DNA from: Vulcanimicrobiota bacterium
GTDB lineage: Bacteria > Vulcanimicrobiota > Vulcanimicrobiia > Vulcanimicrobiales > Vulcanimicrobiaceae
Direction: 5' to 3'
NCBI GenBank assembly: GCA_963812155.1
Contig: CAWETW010000001.1
Span: 160,001-224,000 of the forward strand
Length of the DNA: 64,000 nt
Of the stretch, positions 1-9,752 are shown in pieces. The first letter of the stretch is position 1, and every line of letters starts with the position of its first letter. The notes beneath the pieces are model-generated. The model saw only the letters and a list, made by a program, of their open reading frames with translations, was not told the origin of the DNA and ran no database searches. Position numbers and translations under genes: made by a program.

Positions 1-86
1 CTCGAGCGAGCAAAAACCTGTTTGCGCGAGGAGTTCGGGCGAGAGTAGGAGTCGCCGCTCGAGCGGGCTAATACAGCGGCCCGAGC

Positions 87-3000
87 ATGCCCCGCCGGAA
101 CGTGATGGTCATCGGGTCGGGACCGATCGTCATCGGTCAGGCTGCCGAGTTCGATTACGCGGGCGTTCAGGCATGCCGCGCGTTACGTGAGGAAGGTCAC
201 CGCACCATCCTCGTTAACTCCAATCCCGCCACGATCATGACGGATCCGGAGATCGCCGACGCGGTCTATCTGGAACCGCTGACGGTCGCTTCCATCGAGC
301 AGATCATCGCACGCGAGCGTCCCGACGCGCTCTTGCCGACGCTCGGCGGCCAAACCGGTCTCAATCTCGCGGTCGAACTGCACGAAGCGGGCGTCCTCGA
401 ACGCCACGGCGTCGAACTCCTCGGGACGCCGGTCGAGACGATCAAGCTTGCCGAAGACCGCCAGCGATTCAAGCAGAAGATGCTCGAAATCGGCGAGCCC
501 GTGCCCGAGAGCGAAATCGTTACGCAGGTCGATCAGGGAATCGCGTTCGCGCGGCGCAGCGGGTATCCATTAGTCGTGCGACCGGCATACACGCTCGGCG
601 GCACGGGCGGCGGCATCGCCTACGACGAGGCGCAACTGCGCGAGACGCTGGATGCCGGACTCGCCGCCAGCCTTATCGGACAAGTGCTGCTGGAAACGTC
701 TTTACTCGGTTGGAAGGAGATCGAGTACGAAGTCTTGCGCGATCGCGCCGGCAACTGCATCACGGTCTGCAACATGGAGAACATCGATCCCGTCGGCGTG
801 CACACCGGCGACTCGATCGTCGTCGCGCCGTCGCAGACGCTTTCCGACTACGAATATCAGCTGCTGCGAACCGCGAGCATCAACGTCGTGCGCGCGCTGG
901 CCGTGCAGGGCGGGTGCAACATTCAGTTCGCACTCCACCCGTTGCGCAGCGAATACGCCATCATCGAAGTCAATCCGCGCGTATCGCGCAGCTCGGCGCT
1001 GGCGTCCAAAGCTACCGGCTACCCGATTGCGAAGATCTCGACCCGCATCGCGCTCGGGCAGACGCTCGACGAGATTCCGAATCCGGTCACCGGGGTGACG
1101 AAGGCCGCATACGAGCCGGCCCTCGATTACGTCGTCGTGAAAATTCCGCGCTGGCCGTTCGACAAGTTTCCGCTCGCCGACGTGCATTTGGGCACGCAGA
1201 TGAAATCGACCGGCGAAGCGATGGGCATCGGACGAACGTTTCGGGCGGCCCTCATCAAAGCGGTGCGCGGGCTGGATCTCAAACGCGAAACTCTGACCGG
1301 TGGTATGGAAGAATGGAGCCGGACGGAACTCGAAGCGATCGTTGCGCGGCCGACCAACGACCGGCTGTTCGCCATCTGCGAGCTGCTGCGGCGCGCGCTC
1401 TATCCCGACACGCTCGACTTCGCCGGCGGCAGAAGTGCGGCCATCGCGCGGATCGCCGAACTCAGCGCCATCGACCGGTTTTGGCTCGACGAACTCGCCG
1501 AACTCGTCGAACTGGAAGAACGCTTGCGCGCGGATCCCAGCCGCGCGGACCGCACGCGGGCGCTCGAATACGGCTACGCATCGCGAACGTTCGGATCGCA
1601 CGGGAACGCGGATCCGCCCGCCGCTTTTCGTATGGTCGACACGGCTGCAGCCGAGTTTCCGGCGAAATCTCCCTACTACTATCTCTCGCGCGGCGAGTCC
1701 GACGAGATGCGGCCGACGCCGCACGAAGCCGTCGTCGTGGTCGGCAGCGGACCGATTCGCATCGGCCAAGGCATCGAGTTCGACTATAGCTGCGTCCACG
1801 CGGCGTGGGCCCTGCGCGCCGCCGGTAAATCACCGGTGGTCGTCAACAACAATCCCGAGACGGTCTCGACCGATTTCGACGTGTCCGACGTGCTCGTCTT
1901 CGAGCCGCCCGGCGCCGACGAAGTGGAAGCCGCCTATCGCGGCACCCGCGCGCGCGGAGTCATCCTCGCCTTCGGCGGCCAAACCGCGATCAATCTCGCC
2001 GCCGAACTGAATGCGCGCGGCGTTCCGATGGTGGGCAGCGATCGCACGTCGCTCGACATGGCGGAAGACCGCGAACAGTTCGACGCCGCGCTCGCGCGGC
2101 TCGGCGTCGCACGTCCGCAGGGTAAGGCCGCGCGCAGTTTTCGCGAAGCGCGCGCGATCGCCCGCGAACTGGGGTTCCCGGTTCTCGTGCGCCCGTCGTT
2201 CGTGCTCGGCGGGCGCGCAATGGAAATCGTTTATAACGAGGGACAGCTCGCATCGTACGCGGAGTCGGCGCCGCCGATCCTGCCCGACGCGCCGCTGCTG
2301 GTGGACAAGTATCTCCGCGGACTCGAGATCGAAGTCGACGCCGTCTTCGACGGCGAGGATCTGCTCGTGCCCGGCATTTTCGAGCACGTGGAACGCGCCG
2401 GCATTCATTCGGGCGACTCGATTAGCGTCTATCCGCCGCAGACCATCGAGGCAGCCATGGAGGAGCGAATCGTCGCGGTCACCGCAGCGATCGCGCGGGA
2501 ACTGGGCATTCGCGGTTCGATCAACATTCAGTTCGTCATCCACGACGGCACCTTGTACATCATCGAAGCCAATCCGCGCGCCAGCCGTACCGTGCCGATC
2601 ATCCAAAAAGCCACGGGCATCAACATCGTCGCCGCCGCAACGCGCGTTGCACTCGGCGAAAAGCTGCGCGACATGCCCTACGGAACGGGTTTGCATCCGC
2701 GGGTTCCGTACGTCGTCGTCAAAGTGCCCGTTTTCTCGTTCTCGAAGATGCGCGGCGTCGAGACCATCCTCGGCCCGGAGATGAAGTCCACGGGAGAGGT
2801 GTTGGGAATCGACGCGACGTTCGCAGGCGCGCTGCTCAAGGGCTTTCTTGCGGCCGGCGTGCGCCTGCCCGGAAGCGGCGGACGCATCCTCGTCTCGATC
2901 GCCGACGAAGAGAAGCGCGAATCGGTCGACGTGTTGCGCCGTTACGCGCGAATGGGGCACGCGCTGGTTGCGACGCCCGGGACGCGCGCCGTTCTGGAGT

Positions 3001-3284
3001 CGGCCGGCATTCCCGCCGCACCGATCAACAAGATCGCCGACGGCTCGCCGCACGTCATCGACTTGATTGCATCGCGCGGCGTGGATCTCGTCATCAACGA
3101 TGCCAAGGGCTCGCGTGAAATCTCCGATAACTACAAGATTCGCCGCACGGCGGTAGAAGCGGGTATTGCGTGTTTGACCAGTTTAGACACGGCACGGGCG
3201 CTGGCGGAGGCGCTCGAAAGCACGGCCGGACCTCCGCGGAGCCTGCAAGAGTACCGCACGGCGGAACCGACAGCGGCGCGTTGA
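87..3284 (+). CDS. carB: Carbamoyl-phosphate synthase large subunit
   Basis: N-terminal GSGPIVIGQAAEFDY, duplicated ATP-grasp halves (second GSGPIRIGQGIEFDY), C-terminal MGS-like domain; 1065 aa. Confidence 0.98.
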   Translation: MPRRNVMVIGSGPIVIGQAAEFDYAGVQACRALREEGHRTILVNSNPATIMTDPEIADAVYLEPLTVASIEQIIARERPDALLPTLGGQTGLNLAVELHEAGVLERHGVELLGTPVETIKLAEDRQRFKQKMLEIGEPVPESEIVTQVDQGIAFARRSGYPLVVRPAYTLGGTGGGIAYDEAQLRETLDAGLAASLIGQVLLETSLLGWKEIEYEVLRDRAGNCITVCNMENIDPVGVHTGDSIVVAPSQTLSDYEYQLLRTASINVVRALAVQGGCNIQFALHPLRSEYAIIEVNPRVSRSSALASKATGYPIAKISTRIALGQTLDEIPNPVTGVTKAAYEPALDYVVVKIPRWPFDKFPLADVHLGTQMKSTGEAMGIGRTFRAALIKAVRGLDLKRETLTGGMEEWSRTELEAIVARPTNDRLFAICELLRRALYPDTLDFAGGRSAAIARIAELSAIDRFWLDELAELVELEERLRADPSRADRTRALEYGYASRTFGSHGNADPPAAFRMVDTAAAEFPAKSPYYYLSRGESDEMRPTPHEAVVVVGSGPIRIGQGIEFDYSCVHAAWALRAAGKSPVVVNNNPETVSTDFDVSDVLVFEPPGADEVEAAYRGTRARGVILAFGGQTAINLAAELNARGVPMVGSDRTSLDMAEDREQFDAALARLGVARPQGKAARSFREARAIARELGFPVLVRPSFVLGGRAMEIVYNEGQLASYAESAPPILPDAPLLVDKYLRGLEIEVDAVFDGEDLLVPGIFEHVERAGIHSGDSISVYPPQTIEAAMEERIVAVTAAIARELGIRGSINIQFVIHDGTLYIIEANPRASRTVPIIQKATGINIVAAATRVALGEKLRDMPYGTGLHPRVPYVVVKVPVFSFSKMRGVETILGPEMKSTGEVLGIDATFAGALLKGFLAAGVRLPGSGGRILVSIADEEKRESVDVLRRYARMGHALVATPGTRAVLESAGIPAAPINKIADGSPHVIDLIASRGVDLVINDAKGSREISDNYKIRRTAVEAGIACLTSLDTARALAEALESTAGPPRSLQEYRTAEPTAAR

Positions 3285-4018
3285 CGGGCGAATCGGAGGA
3301 AGAACCCCGCGTCTTCGTCATCGGCGGCAATTCCAGCACGCTGGCGTTGGTCAACAGTTTCGTTCCGCAGGGCGGCGCCATCACGACGCGGCTGCTGCCG
3401 CTGGCGGTGACGCCGATCGGCACGGTCATCGGCGATGCATGGCAGAACGCCGGAATCGCGTTGAACGGTTTGTTCGATTGGGTCGAGCGCACGTTTCCGC
3501 CCGAAGACGAGCGCGCATTCGTCGTCGCGCCCCGCGACATCGAGCTGCTGATCCGCGTCGGCTGGCACGCGCCGCTGCCCGAAGCGATTTCCGAAGCCAC
3601 CGTGCTCAACATTGAAGACCTTCCCGACGACGTCGCGGAAGCGATCGCGCACGGTCCCGAAGCGATCGTGCAGTGCGCCGCCTGCCGCCGCTTGTGCGTT
3701 CGCGACGACTTCGTGTGGAAAGAGAAGCAGTTATGCGCCTGGGACTACCACGCGCAAGTGTTCGGCCGGCGCGGACCCTGGCGAAACGGCCCGTACGAAG
3801 AACGGCATTTCGAAACGCTTCCGTCGGCCGGGTACGTCGCGCCCGCGTTGCTGGGAGAGGGTGGCGTGGACCTCGTCCTGGGTCTCAATGCCGTCGACGA
3901 AGCGACCGCACGCAAGGCGATCAACGTCGTCCTCGAGGACGATGCCAAGCGCTCGCACATGGCGGTGCGGACGAGCGGAGGTTTCAACGTGTTGCGTGAG
4001 ACGGACGCATCGGAATGA
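3281..4018 (+). CDS. Hypothetical protein with Cys/His cluster (CAACRRLC...CAWDYH), possibly metal-binding
   Basis: TTG start overlapping the carB stop (TTGA); stop overlaps the next ATG (ATGA). Confidence 0.7.
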   Translation: MTGESEEEPRVFVIGGNSSTLALVNSFVPQGGAITTRLLPLAVTPIGTVIGDAWQNAGIALNGLFDWVERTFPPEDERAFVVAPRDIELLIRVGWHAPLPEAISEATVLNIEDLPDDVAEAIAHGPEAIVQCAACRRLCVRDDFVWKEKQLCAWDYHAQVFGRRGPWRNGPYEERHFETLPSAGYVAPALLGEGGVDLVLGLNAVDEATARKAINVVLEDDAKRSHMAVRTSGGFNVLRETDASE

Positions 4019-5421
4019 CGAACCGCGCCATGGCCGCGCTGTCGACGGTTTTCGCGCTGCTCTTCGTGGTCGTGTTCGCGCGCCAGTTCTACGTCCAGAC
4101 CATCGGCGCAGCGTCGATCGCGGCGAAACCCGGTAATCCGCGCCACGCTTTGCTCGACGCCTATCGCGGGCGCATCTTGGCGACCGACGGCACCGTCTTG
4201 GCCGAAAGCCGTGGCGGCGCACGCGCGTACCCGTTCGCAGACGCGCTCGCGCAAACGGTCGGCTACGTCTCGGTGCGGTATGGAACGAGCGGCATCGAGG
4301 ACGCCTACGACCGTGCGTTAACGCCGCCCGAGACGGCCGGCGATCCGCTGGCGCAACTCGACGAAATTCGCGCCGCGCTAAGCGGCACCTCACTCGTGAG
4401 CCGCGGCGCCGACGTCGTAACGACGATCGAGCCGCCGGTGCAGCAGCGTCTGTACGATCTGCTGGCGCACTACCGGCGCGCCGCCGGCGTCGTGCTCGAT
4501 CCGCGCACCGGCGCGGTGCTGGCGATGGCCAGCGTCCCCAGCTACGATCCCAATCACCTGGATGCGGAATTTTCCAGCCTCACGTCCGACCCGGGCAGTC
4601 CGTTGCTCAATCGGGCCCTCGACGGCAGCTATCCGCCGGGATCGACCTTCAAAATGTTCACGGCCGCCTCGGCTCTCGATAACGGCACCGTCACGATGGA
4701 TTCGCATTTCGACGATCCCGGCTATCTCGTCATCGGAAACTACACGCTCCACGACAACGAAAGCGAAGCGACCGGCTACCAAGATCTCACCAACGCCTTT
4801 GCACTCTCGAGCAACGTCGACTTCGCGCAGATCGCGCTCAAAATGGGCAACGCCGATTTCTATCGCTACCTCGACCGTTGGGGCATCGGCAACTCACTGG
4901 ATTTCCAATTGCCGGCGCAGAGCGCGTCGGTACCGCCGAAGGCCGATATCGTTCCCGGAGAACTCGCCCAAATGGGGTTCGGTCAGGGCGCGCTGCTCGC
5001 TACGCCGCTGCAGATGGCGTTGATCGGTGCAACGATTGCCGGCGGCGGAGTAGAGCCGCGCCCGTTCGTCGTGCGCCAAGTCGTGCGCGACGGCGCAGCT
5101 GCGAGCGTTTCGCCCCAAAGCTCGTTGGCGAACCCGGTATCCGCCGACGTGGCCGCGAACGTGACGAAGATGATGATTGCGGTCGTGGAACGCGGCACCG
5201 GGACCCCGGCGCGGCTCCCCCACATAAGCGTTGCCGGCAAGACGGGGACGGCGACCAATCCGCTGGGCCGTTCGCACGCTTGGTTCGTGTGTTTTGCGCC
5301 CGCCGGCCATCCGCGCGTCGCCGTTGCCATCGTCGTGGAGAACGTCGGCTACGGTGCGACCTACGCCGCACCGATCGCGCGCGACGTGCTCGAAACGGCG
5401 CTCGAGTACCCCGGGAGTTGA
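4015..5421 (+). CDS. Class B penicillin-binding transpeptidase (PbpA-like)
   Basis: N-terminal TM helix; SxxK (GSTFK), SxN (SSN) and KTG motifs; directly upstream of a PASTA kinase. Confidence 0.93.
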   Translation: MTNRAMAALSTVFALLFVVVFARQFYVQTIGAASIAAKPGNPRHALLDAYRGRILATDGTVLAESRGGARAYPFADALAQTVGYVSVRYGTSGIEDAYDRALTPPETAGDPLAQLDEIRAALSGTSLVSRGADVVTTIEPPVQQRLYDLLAHYRRAAGVVLDPRTGAVLAMASVPSYDPNHLDAEFSSLTSDPGSPLLNRALDGSYPPGSTFKMFTAASALDNGTVTMDSHFDDPGYLVIGNYTLHDNESEATGYQDLTNAFALSSNVDFAQIALKMGNADFYRYLDRWGIGNSLDFQLPAQSASVPPKADIVPGELAQMGFGQGALLATPLQMALIGATIAGGGVEPRPFVVRQVVRDGAAASVSPQSSLANPVSADVAANVTKMMIAVVERGTGTPARLPHISVAGKTGTATNPLGRSHAWFVCFAPAGHPRVAVAIVVENVGYGATYAAPIARDVLETALEYPGS

Positions 5422-5431
5422 GGAACCTCCG

Positions 5432-7522
5432 ATAGACGAGCGCATCTTCAACAATCGCTATCGCCTCGACAGCAAGTTGGGCGAAGGCGGAATGGCAACG
5501 GTTTTCTGCGGCACGGACACCGTGCTGCGCCGTCGCGTCGCCATCAAGGTTTTACGCGAACAGTACGCCGCCGATCAGGAGTTCGTACGCCGCTTCTACC
5601 AAGAGGCCGAGTCGGCCGCGCGTCTGTCGCATCCGAACATCGTCAACACCTTCGACGTCGGCCGCGAGGGCGACACGTATTACATCGTCATGGAGCTCGT
5701 CGACGGATCGTCGCTGGCCGAAATCATCGCCGCCGACGGAAAACTTCCCGAGCCGGTCGCCCTCGACTATGCGGCGCAGATCGCCAGCGGTCTCGCCTAC
5801 GCCCATCGCGTCGGGCTGCTGCACCGCGACATCAAACCGGCCAACATCCTCATCACGAAAGACGACGTCGTAAAACTTTCCGATTTCGGCATAGCGCGGG
5901 CCGTCTCGGAACACACGATGACGCTCACCAAACCGGGGCTCGTGATGGGCAGCGTCTACTATATTTCTCCCGAACAGGCACAGGGGCACGAGTTGCACGA
6001 CACCTCGGACTTGTACAGCCTCGGCGTGGTGCTCTATCAAATGCTCACCGGAGCGCTGCCCTTTTCGGGAGAGTCGCCGGTTACGGTGGCGCTCAAACAC
6101 ATCGGCGACCCGGTTCCGACGATCGACACGCGCCGCGTCGGCGTGAGCCCCGCGCTCGCCGCAATCGTCAACAAACTGCTGCAGAAGAAGCCAGAGCACC
6201 GATTCGGCTCGGCAAGCGATTTGGCGAGCGCTCTGCGCGAAGCGCGCGAACGTCCGGCGGTGGCCGGCTACCGGCTCGCCGACGACGCGCCGACGCAAAC
6301 GCTGCGCCTCTCACGCTCGCTGCCGCCGCGCCGGTCGCCGCTTCCCGACCGGCCCTATGCCGACGGCGACGAACGCGACGAACGTCCGCAGGGCCGGGGC
6401 TGGATCGTCGCACTGCTTGCCGTATTTCTCATCGCCGCCACGGCCGGCGGGTACTATCTCTTCGGGCGCCCGCTGCCGAACTTCGCGGCGACCGTTGCGG
6501 TTGCGGACTACACGAATATGGCGGACGTGCAGGCCCAGCAGGCGATCGTCAACGCCGGGCTGCGCGTGCGCTTCGTCAAGAGCCCGAGCGACACGGTCGC
6601 AGCTAATCACGTGATCCGGCAAAATCCGCCGGCCGGCACCGCGGTCGCGCGCGACGCGCTGGTCGAACTCGTCGTCAGCAACGGAAAGCCGCTGGTCGGC
6701 CTGCTCGACGTGCGCGGCTACTCCGCGCTCGACGCGCAGCGCACGCTGCAAGCGCAGGGATTCGCCGTGACCGTCGTGCGCAAGTACGACAGCAGCGCGA
6801 AGGACAACGTCATCGATCAGCAGCCGAAAGCGGGAGCGCAGGTTCCGCAGGCGAGCCGGGTCACGCTGGTCGTCTCCAACGGCGCGCAGCCCGTCGAGGT
6901 CCCGAACTTCGTCGGCATGTCGGCAGCGAAGGCGCGCGATGCGGCCGCGCGCGCCGGAATCTCGCTCGATACGTCGCAGCAGTCCGCGATCGCGGGCGTT
7001 CCGGCCGGCACGATCGCTTCGCAGGATCCGCCCGCGGGCTCACATCTGCAGAAGGGCGCGGGCGTAAGCGCCGTCGTGAGCACCGGCGTACAGGCGCTCC
7101 CGCCTGCCGCTCCGGCGGGCGTGACGACGATCACCGTTCCGACCGTCGTCGGCAAGAAGTATCAAGAAGCGATCGACGCGACCTTGGCCGGCGGTTTCCG
7201 AGCCGCGGTACAGTTCCAAGTGCTGGCGTCGGGCAACGGCACGATCGTCAGCCAGCAGCCGCCGCCTTCGACACAGTTGGCGCAAGGTTCGCCGATCACG
7301 CTCGTTCTCTCGGTTTCCGGCGAAGTGCCCGACACCGAGGGCATGACCGTCGAAGGTGCGCGCGCGACGTTATCGTCGTACGGCTACGGCGTCGCGCAAA
7401 CGCGCTTCACGACGTCGGCCGGCGCGGGAGGGCGCGTGGTCGGCACCGACCCCGCGGCCGGAACGACGCTCAGCCCGGGATCGGGCGTGGTGCTCATCGT
7501 TAACGGCACCGGACCTCCGTAA
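5432..7522 (+). CDS. pknB: Stk1/PknB family Ser/Thr kinase with TM helix and about 5 PASTA domains (start uncertain, probably ATA)
   Basis: GEGGMA, VAIK, HRDIKPAN, DFGIA, YYISPEQ motifs; TM segment; repeated PASTA-like units. Confidence 0.93.
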   Translation: MDERIFNNRYRLDSKLGEGGMATVFCGTDTVLRRRVAIKVLREQYAADQEFVRRFYQEAESAARLSHPNIVNTFDVGREGDTYYIVMELVDGSSLAEIIAADGKLPEPVALDYAAQIASGLAYAHRVGLLHRDIKPANILITKDDVVKLSDFGIARAVSEHTMTLTKPGLVMGSVYYISPEQAQGHELHDTSDLYSLGVVLYQMLTGALPFSGESPVTVALKHIGDPVPTIDTRRVGVSPALAAIVNKLLQKKPEHRFGSASDLASALREARERPAVAGYRLADDAPTQTLRLSRSLPPRRSPLPDRPYADGDERDERPQGRGWIVALLAVFLIAATAGGYYLFGRPLPNFAATVAVADYTNMADVQAQQAIVNAGLRVRFVKSPSDTVAANHVIRQNPPAGTAVARDALVELVVSNGKPLVGLLDVRGYSALDAQRTLQAQGFAVTVVRKYDSSAKDNVIDQQPKAGAQVPQASRVTLVVSNGAQPVEVPNFVGMSAAKARDAAARAGISLDTSQQSAIAGVPAGTIASQDPPAGSHLQKGAGVSAVVSTGVQALPPAAPAGVTTITVPTVVGKKYQEAIDATLAGGFRAAVQFQVLASGNGTIVSQQPPPSTQLAQGSPITLVLSVSGEVPDTEGMTVEGARATLSSYGYGVAQTRFTTSAGAGGRVVGTDPAAGTTLSPGSGVVLIVNGTGPP

Positions 7523-7538
7523 AGGGAACCGGCCACTC

Positions 7539-8036
7539 GTGATAGTGCTCGGCATCGATCCCGCGCTGCGCACCACCGGCTACGGCGTGATCGATGCCGG
7601 CGGGCGCCGCGTGCGCTTGGTGGAAGCCGGCGTCGTCGCGCCGCGCAGCGATTCGCCGCTCGAACGCCGGCTGCACGCGCTCCATGCGGGCATCGCCGAA
7701 GTCATCGCACAAACGCGCCCCGAGCTCGTCGTCATCGAAGAACTCTACACCTCGTATCGCAACCCGGGAACGGCACTGCTGATGGCGCACGCGCGCGGCG
7801 TGCTGTGCTTGGCGGCCGCCGAGGCGGGCGCCGCCGTGCATACGCTCGGGCACGCGCGCGTCAAACGGGCGCTCGTCGGTTCGGGCAGCGCGCGCAAGTC
7901 GCAGGTCAACGCGATGGTAACGCATCTGCTCGGCTTGCGCACCGCGCCCAAGCCCGACGACGTTTCGGACGCGCTCGCACTCGCACTGGCCTTCGTAAAC
8001 ATCGCGCAGGCGCGGCGTTCCTTAAGAGGCGCCTGA
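7539..8036 (+). CDS. ruvC: Holliday junction resolvase RuvC
   Basis: VLGIDP..TGYGVI, GSGSARKSQV, PDDVSDALA; upstream of ruvAB. Confidence 0.96.
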   Translation: MIVLGIDPALRTTGYGVIDAGGRRVRLVEAGVVAPRSDSPLERRLHALHAGIAEVIAQTRPELVVIEELYTSYRNPGTALLMAHARGVLCLAAAEAGAAVHTLGHARVKRALVGSGSARKSQVNAMVTHLLGLRTAPKPDDVSDALALALAFVNIAQARRSLRGA

Positions 8037-8662
8037 TGTTCTCGCGCATCACCGGTTCCCTGATCGAGCGCAGCGGCGACCGTGCGATCGTCGAAGCGGC
8101 GGGCTTGGGCTATGAGATCGTGCTGCCGCCGTGCGTCGCAGACAAAATTGCGCCGGCGCCGAACGGCCCGCTGACGCTGGAGATTTACGCCGTGCTGAAC
8201 GTCGAGGGCAACAGCGGCCGATTCACCTACTACGGCTTTACCAACGCGATCGAGCGCGAGTTCTTCGAAGCGCTAATCACGGTGGCATCGATCGGCCCGC
8301 GCTCGGCGGCACGGGCTTTTTCGCAGCCGATGTCGGCGATCGCGCGCGCGATCGATCGCGGGGACCACGCATACTTGAAAAGCTTGCCGGGCATCGGTCA
8401 GCAGAAGGCGCGCGACATCGTCGCCAAACTCCAGGGGAAGGTGGCGAAGTTCTTGCTGATTCAAGACGCGCCGCCTGCGGCGGCGCCGGAGATGCCGGAT
8501 TTCGCCGGGGAGGCACTCGCCGTGCTGCTGCAGCTCGAGTATAAACGCTCCGAAGCCGAAGCGATGATCCGAGAAACGCTCGAAGCGGCACCGCAGATCG
8601 CCGACGCCGAACGCCTGCTGGCGGAGATTTACCGCCGTAAAGCGTCGAAAGAGCCGTCGTGA
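8036..8662 (+). CDS. ruvA: Holliday junction branch migration protein RuvA
   Basis: GLGYEI, YGFT...FEALITVASIGP, LPGIGQQKA HhH motif, ALAVLLQLEY C-terminal domain. Confidence 0.95.
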   Translation: MFSRITGSLIERSGDRAIVEAAGLGYEIVLPPCVADKIAPAPNGPLTLEIYAVLNVEGNSGRFTYYGFTNAIEREFFEALITVASIGPRSAARAFSQPMSAIARAIDRGDHAYLKSLPGIGQQKARDIVAKLQGKVAKFLLIQDAPPAAAPEMPDFAGEALAVLLQLEYKRSEAEAMIRETLEAAPQIADAERLLAEIYRRKASKEPS

Positions 8663-9747
8663 ACGAGAACCCCGCTCGCAAACGGCTGCTTGGGCCCGAC
8701 GACGTCCGCGACGAGGCGTCTTCGGCCTTCGAGGGGCGCGTCATCGATCCGAACGACACGCTCGAAGACGAGGTCTACGGTGCGAGCCTTCGCCCGCGCA
8801 CGTTCGAGGACTACGTCGGCCAAGAAAGCGTCGTCGAAAATCTCCGCATCTCGATCGACGCTGCGCGGCGCCGCGGCGAGCCGCTCGAGCACGTCTTGTT
8901 CTACGGCCCCCCAGGCCTCGGCAAGACGACGCTTGCGGGTCTCATCGCGCGGGCACTGGACGCCAACTTCCGGCCGACCAGCGGTCCGACGCTCGAAAAG
9001 CCGAAAGATCTGGTCGGAATACTCACCGCGCTCGAAGACGGCGACGTCTTTTTCGTCGACGAGATTCATCGCCTCGGCCGCGTCGTCGAAGAGTTTCTCT
9101 ATCCGGCGATGGAGGATTTTCAAATCGACTTCATCGTCGATCGCGGAGCCTACGCCAAGACGCTCAAACTGCCGTTGAAACGCTTCACCCTCGTCGGTGC
9201 GACGACGCGCGCCGGCATGCTGACCGCTCCGTTGCGCGAGCGCTTCGGCATCGTGCATCATCTCGACTACTACGCGCCGTCCGATCTCGAACGCATCGTG
9301 CGCCGCTCGGCGACCGTGCTCGGCGTACCGATCGACGAAGACGGTGCGGCAACGATCGCGCGCCGCAGCCGCGGAACGCCGCGCATCGCCAATCGCCTGC
9401 TGCGTCGCGTTCGCGACTTCGCCGAGGTGCGCGCCGGCGGCAGCATCACCGCCGCCGTCGCCGCCGAAGCGCTGCAGCGTGAAGGCGTCGACGAACTCGG
9501 GTTGGATCGCCTCGACCGCGCGTTCTTGCGCACCATCGTCGAGCAATATCGCGGCGGCCCGGTCGGGATTGCGGCGATTGCGGCAACGCTCACCGAAGAT
9601 GCCGAAACGCTCGAAGACGTGGTCGAGCCGTATTTGCTCAAGCAAGGTTTCGTGACGCGGACGGCCTCCGGACGGCGTGCGACGCCCAACGCCTATCGGC
9701 ATCTCGGCGTCGCGGTCCGCGAGTCGCTCCAGGAGCGTTTGCTCTGA
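8659..9747 (+). CDS. ruvB: Holliday junction branch migration ATPase RuvB
   Basis: LRPRTFEDYVGQ, GPPGLGKTT, DEIHR, SRGTPRIANRLLRRVRD. Confidence 0.98.
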   Translation: MNENPARKRLLGPDDVRDEASSAFEGRVIDPNDTLEDEVYGASLRPRTFEDYVGQESVVENLRISIDAARRRGEPLEHVLFYGPPGLGKTTLAGLIARALDANFRPTSGPTLEKPKDLVGILTALEDGDVFFVDEIHRLGRVVEEFLYPAMEDFQIDFIVDRGAYAKTLKLPLKRFTLVGATTRAGMLTAPLRERFGIVHHLDYYAPSDLERIVRRSATVLGVPIDEDGAATIARRSRGTPRIANRLLRRVRDFAEVRAGGSITAAVAAEALQREGVDELGLDRLDRAFLRTIVEQYRGGPVGIAAIAATLTEDAETLEDVVEPYLLKQGFVTRTASGRRATPNAYRHLGVAVRESLQERLL

Positions 9748-9752
9748 CGCGA

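Noticed and set aside
702..3053. Long antisense or alternate-frame ORFs here and throughout the window
   Set aside because: Arg/Ala-rich shadow ORFs are expected in high-GC coding DNA, and these show no family motifs.
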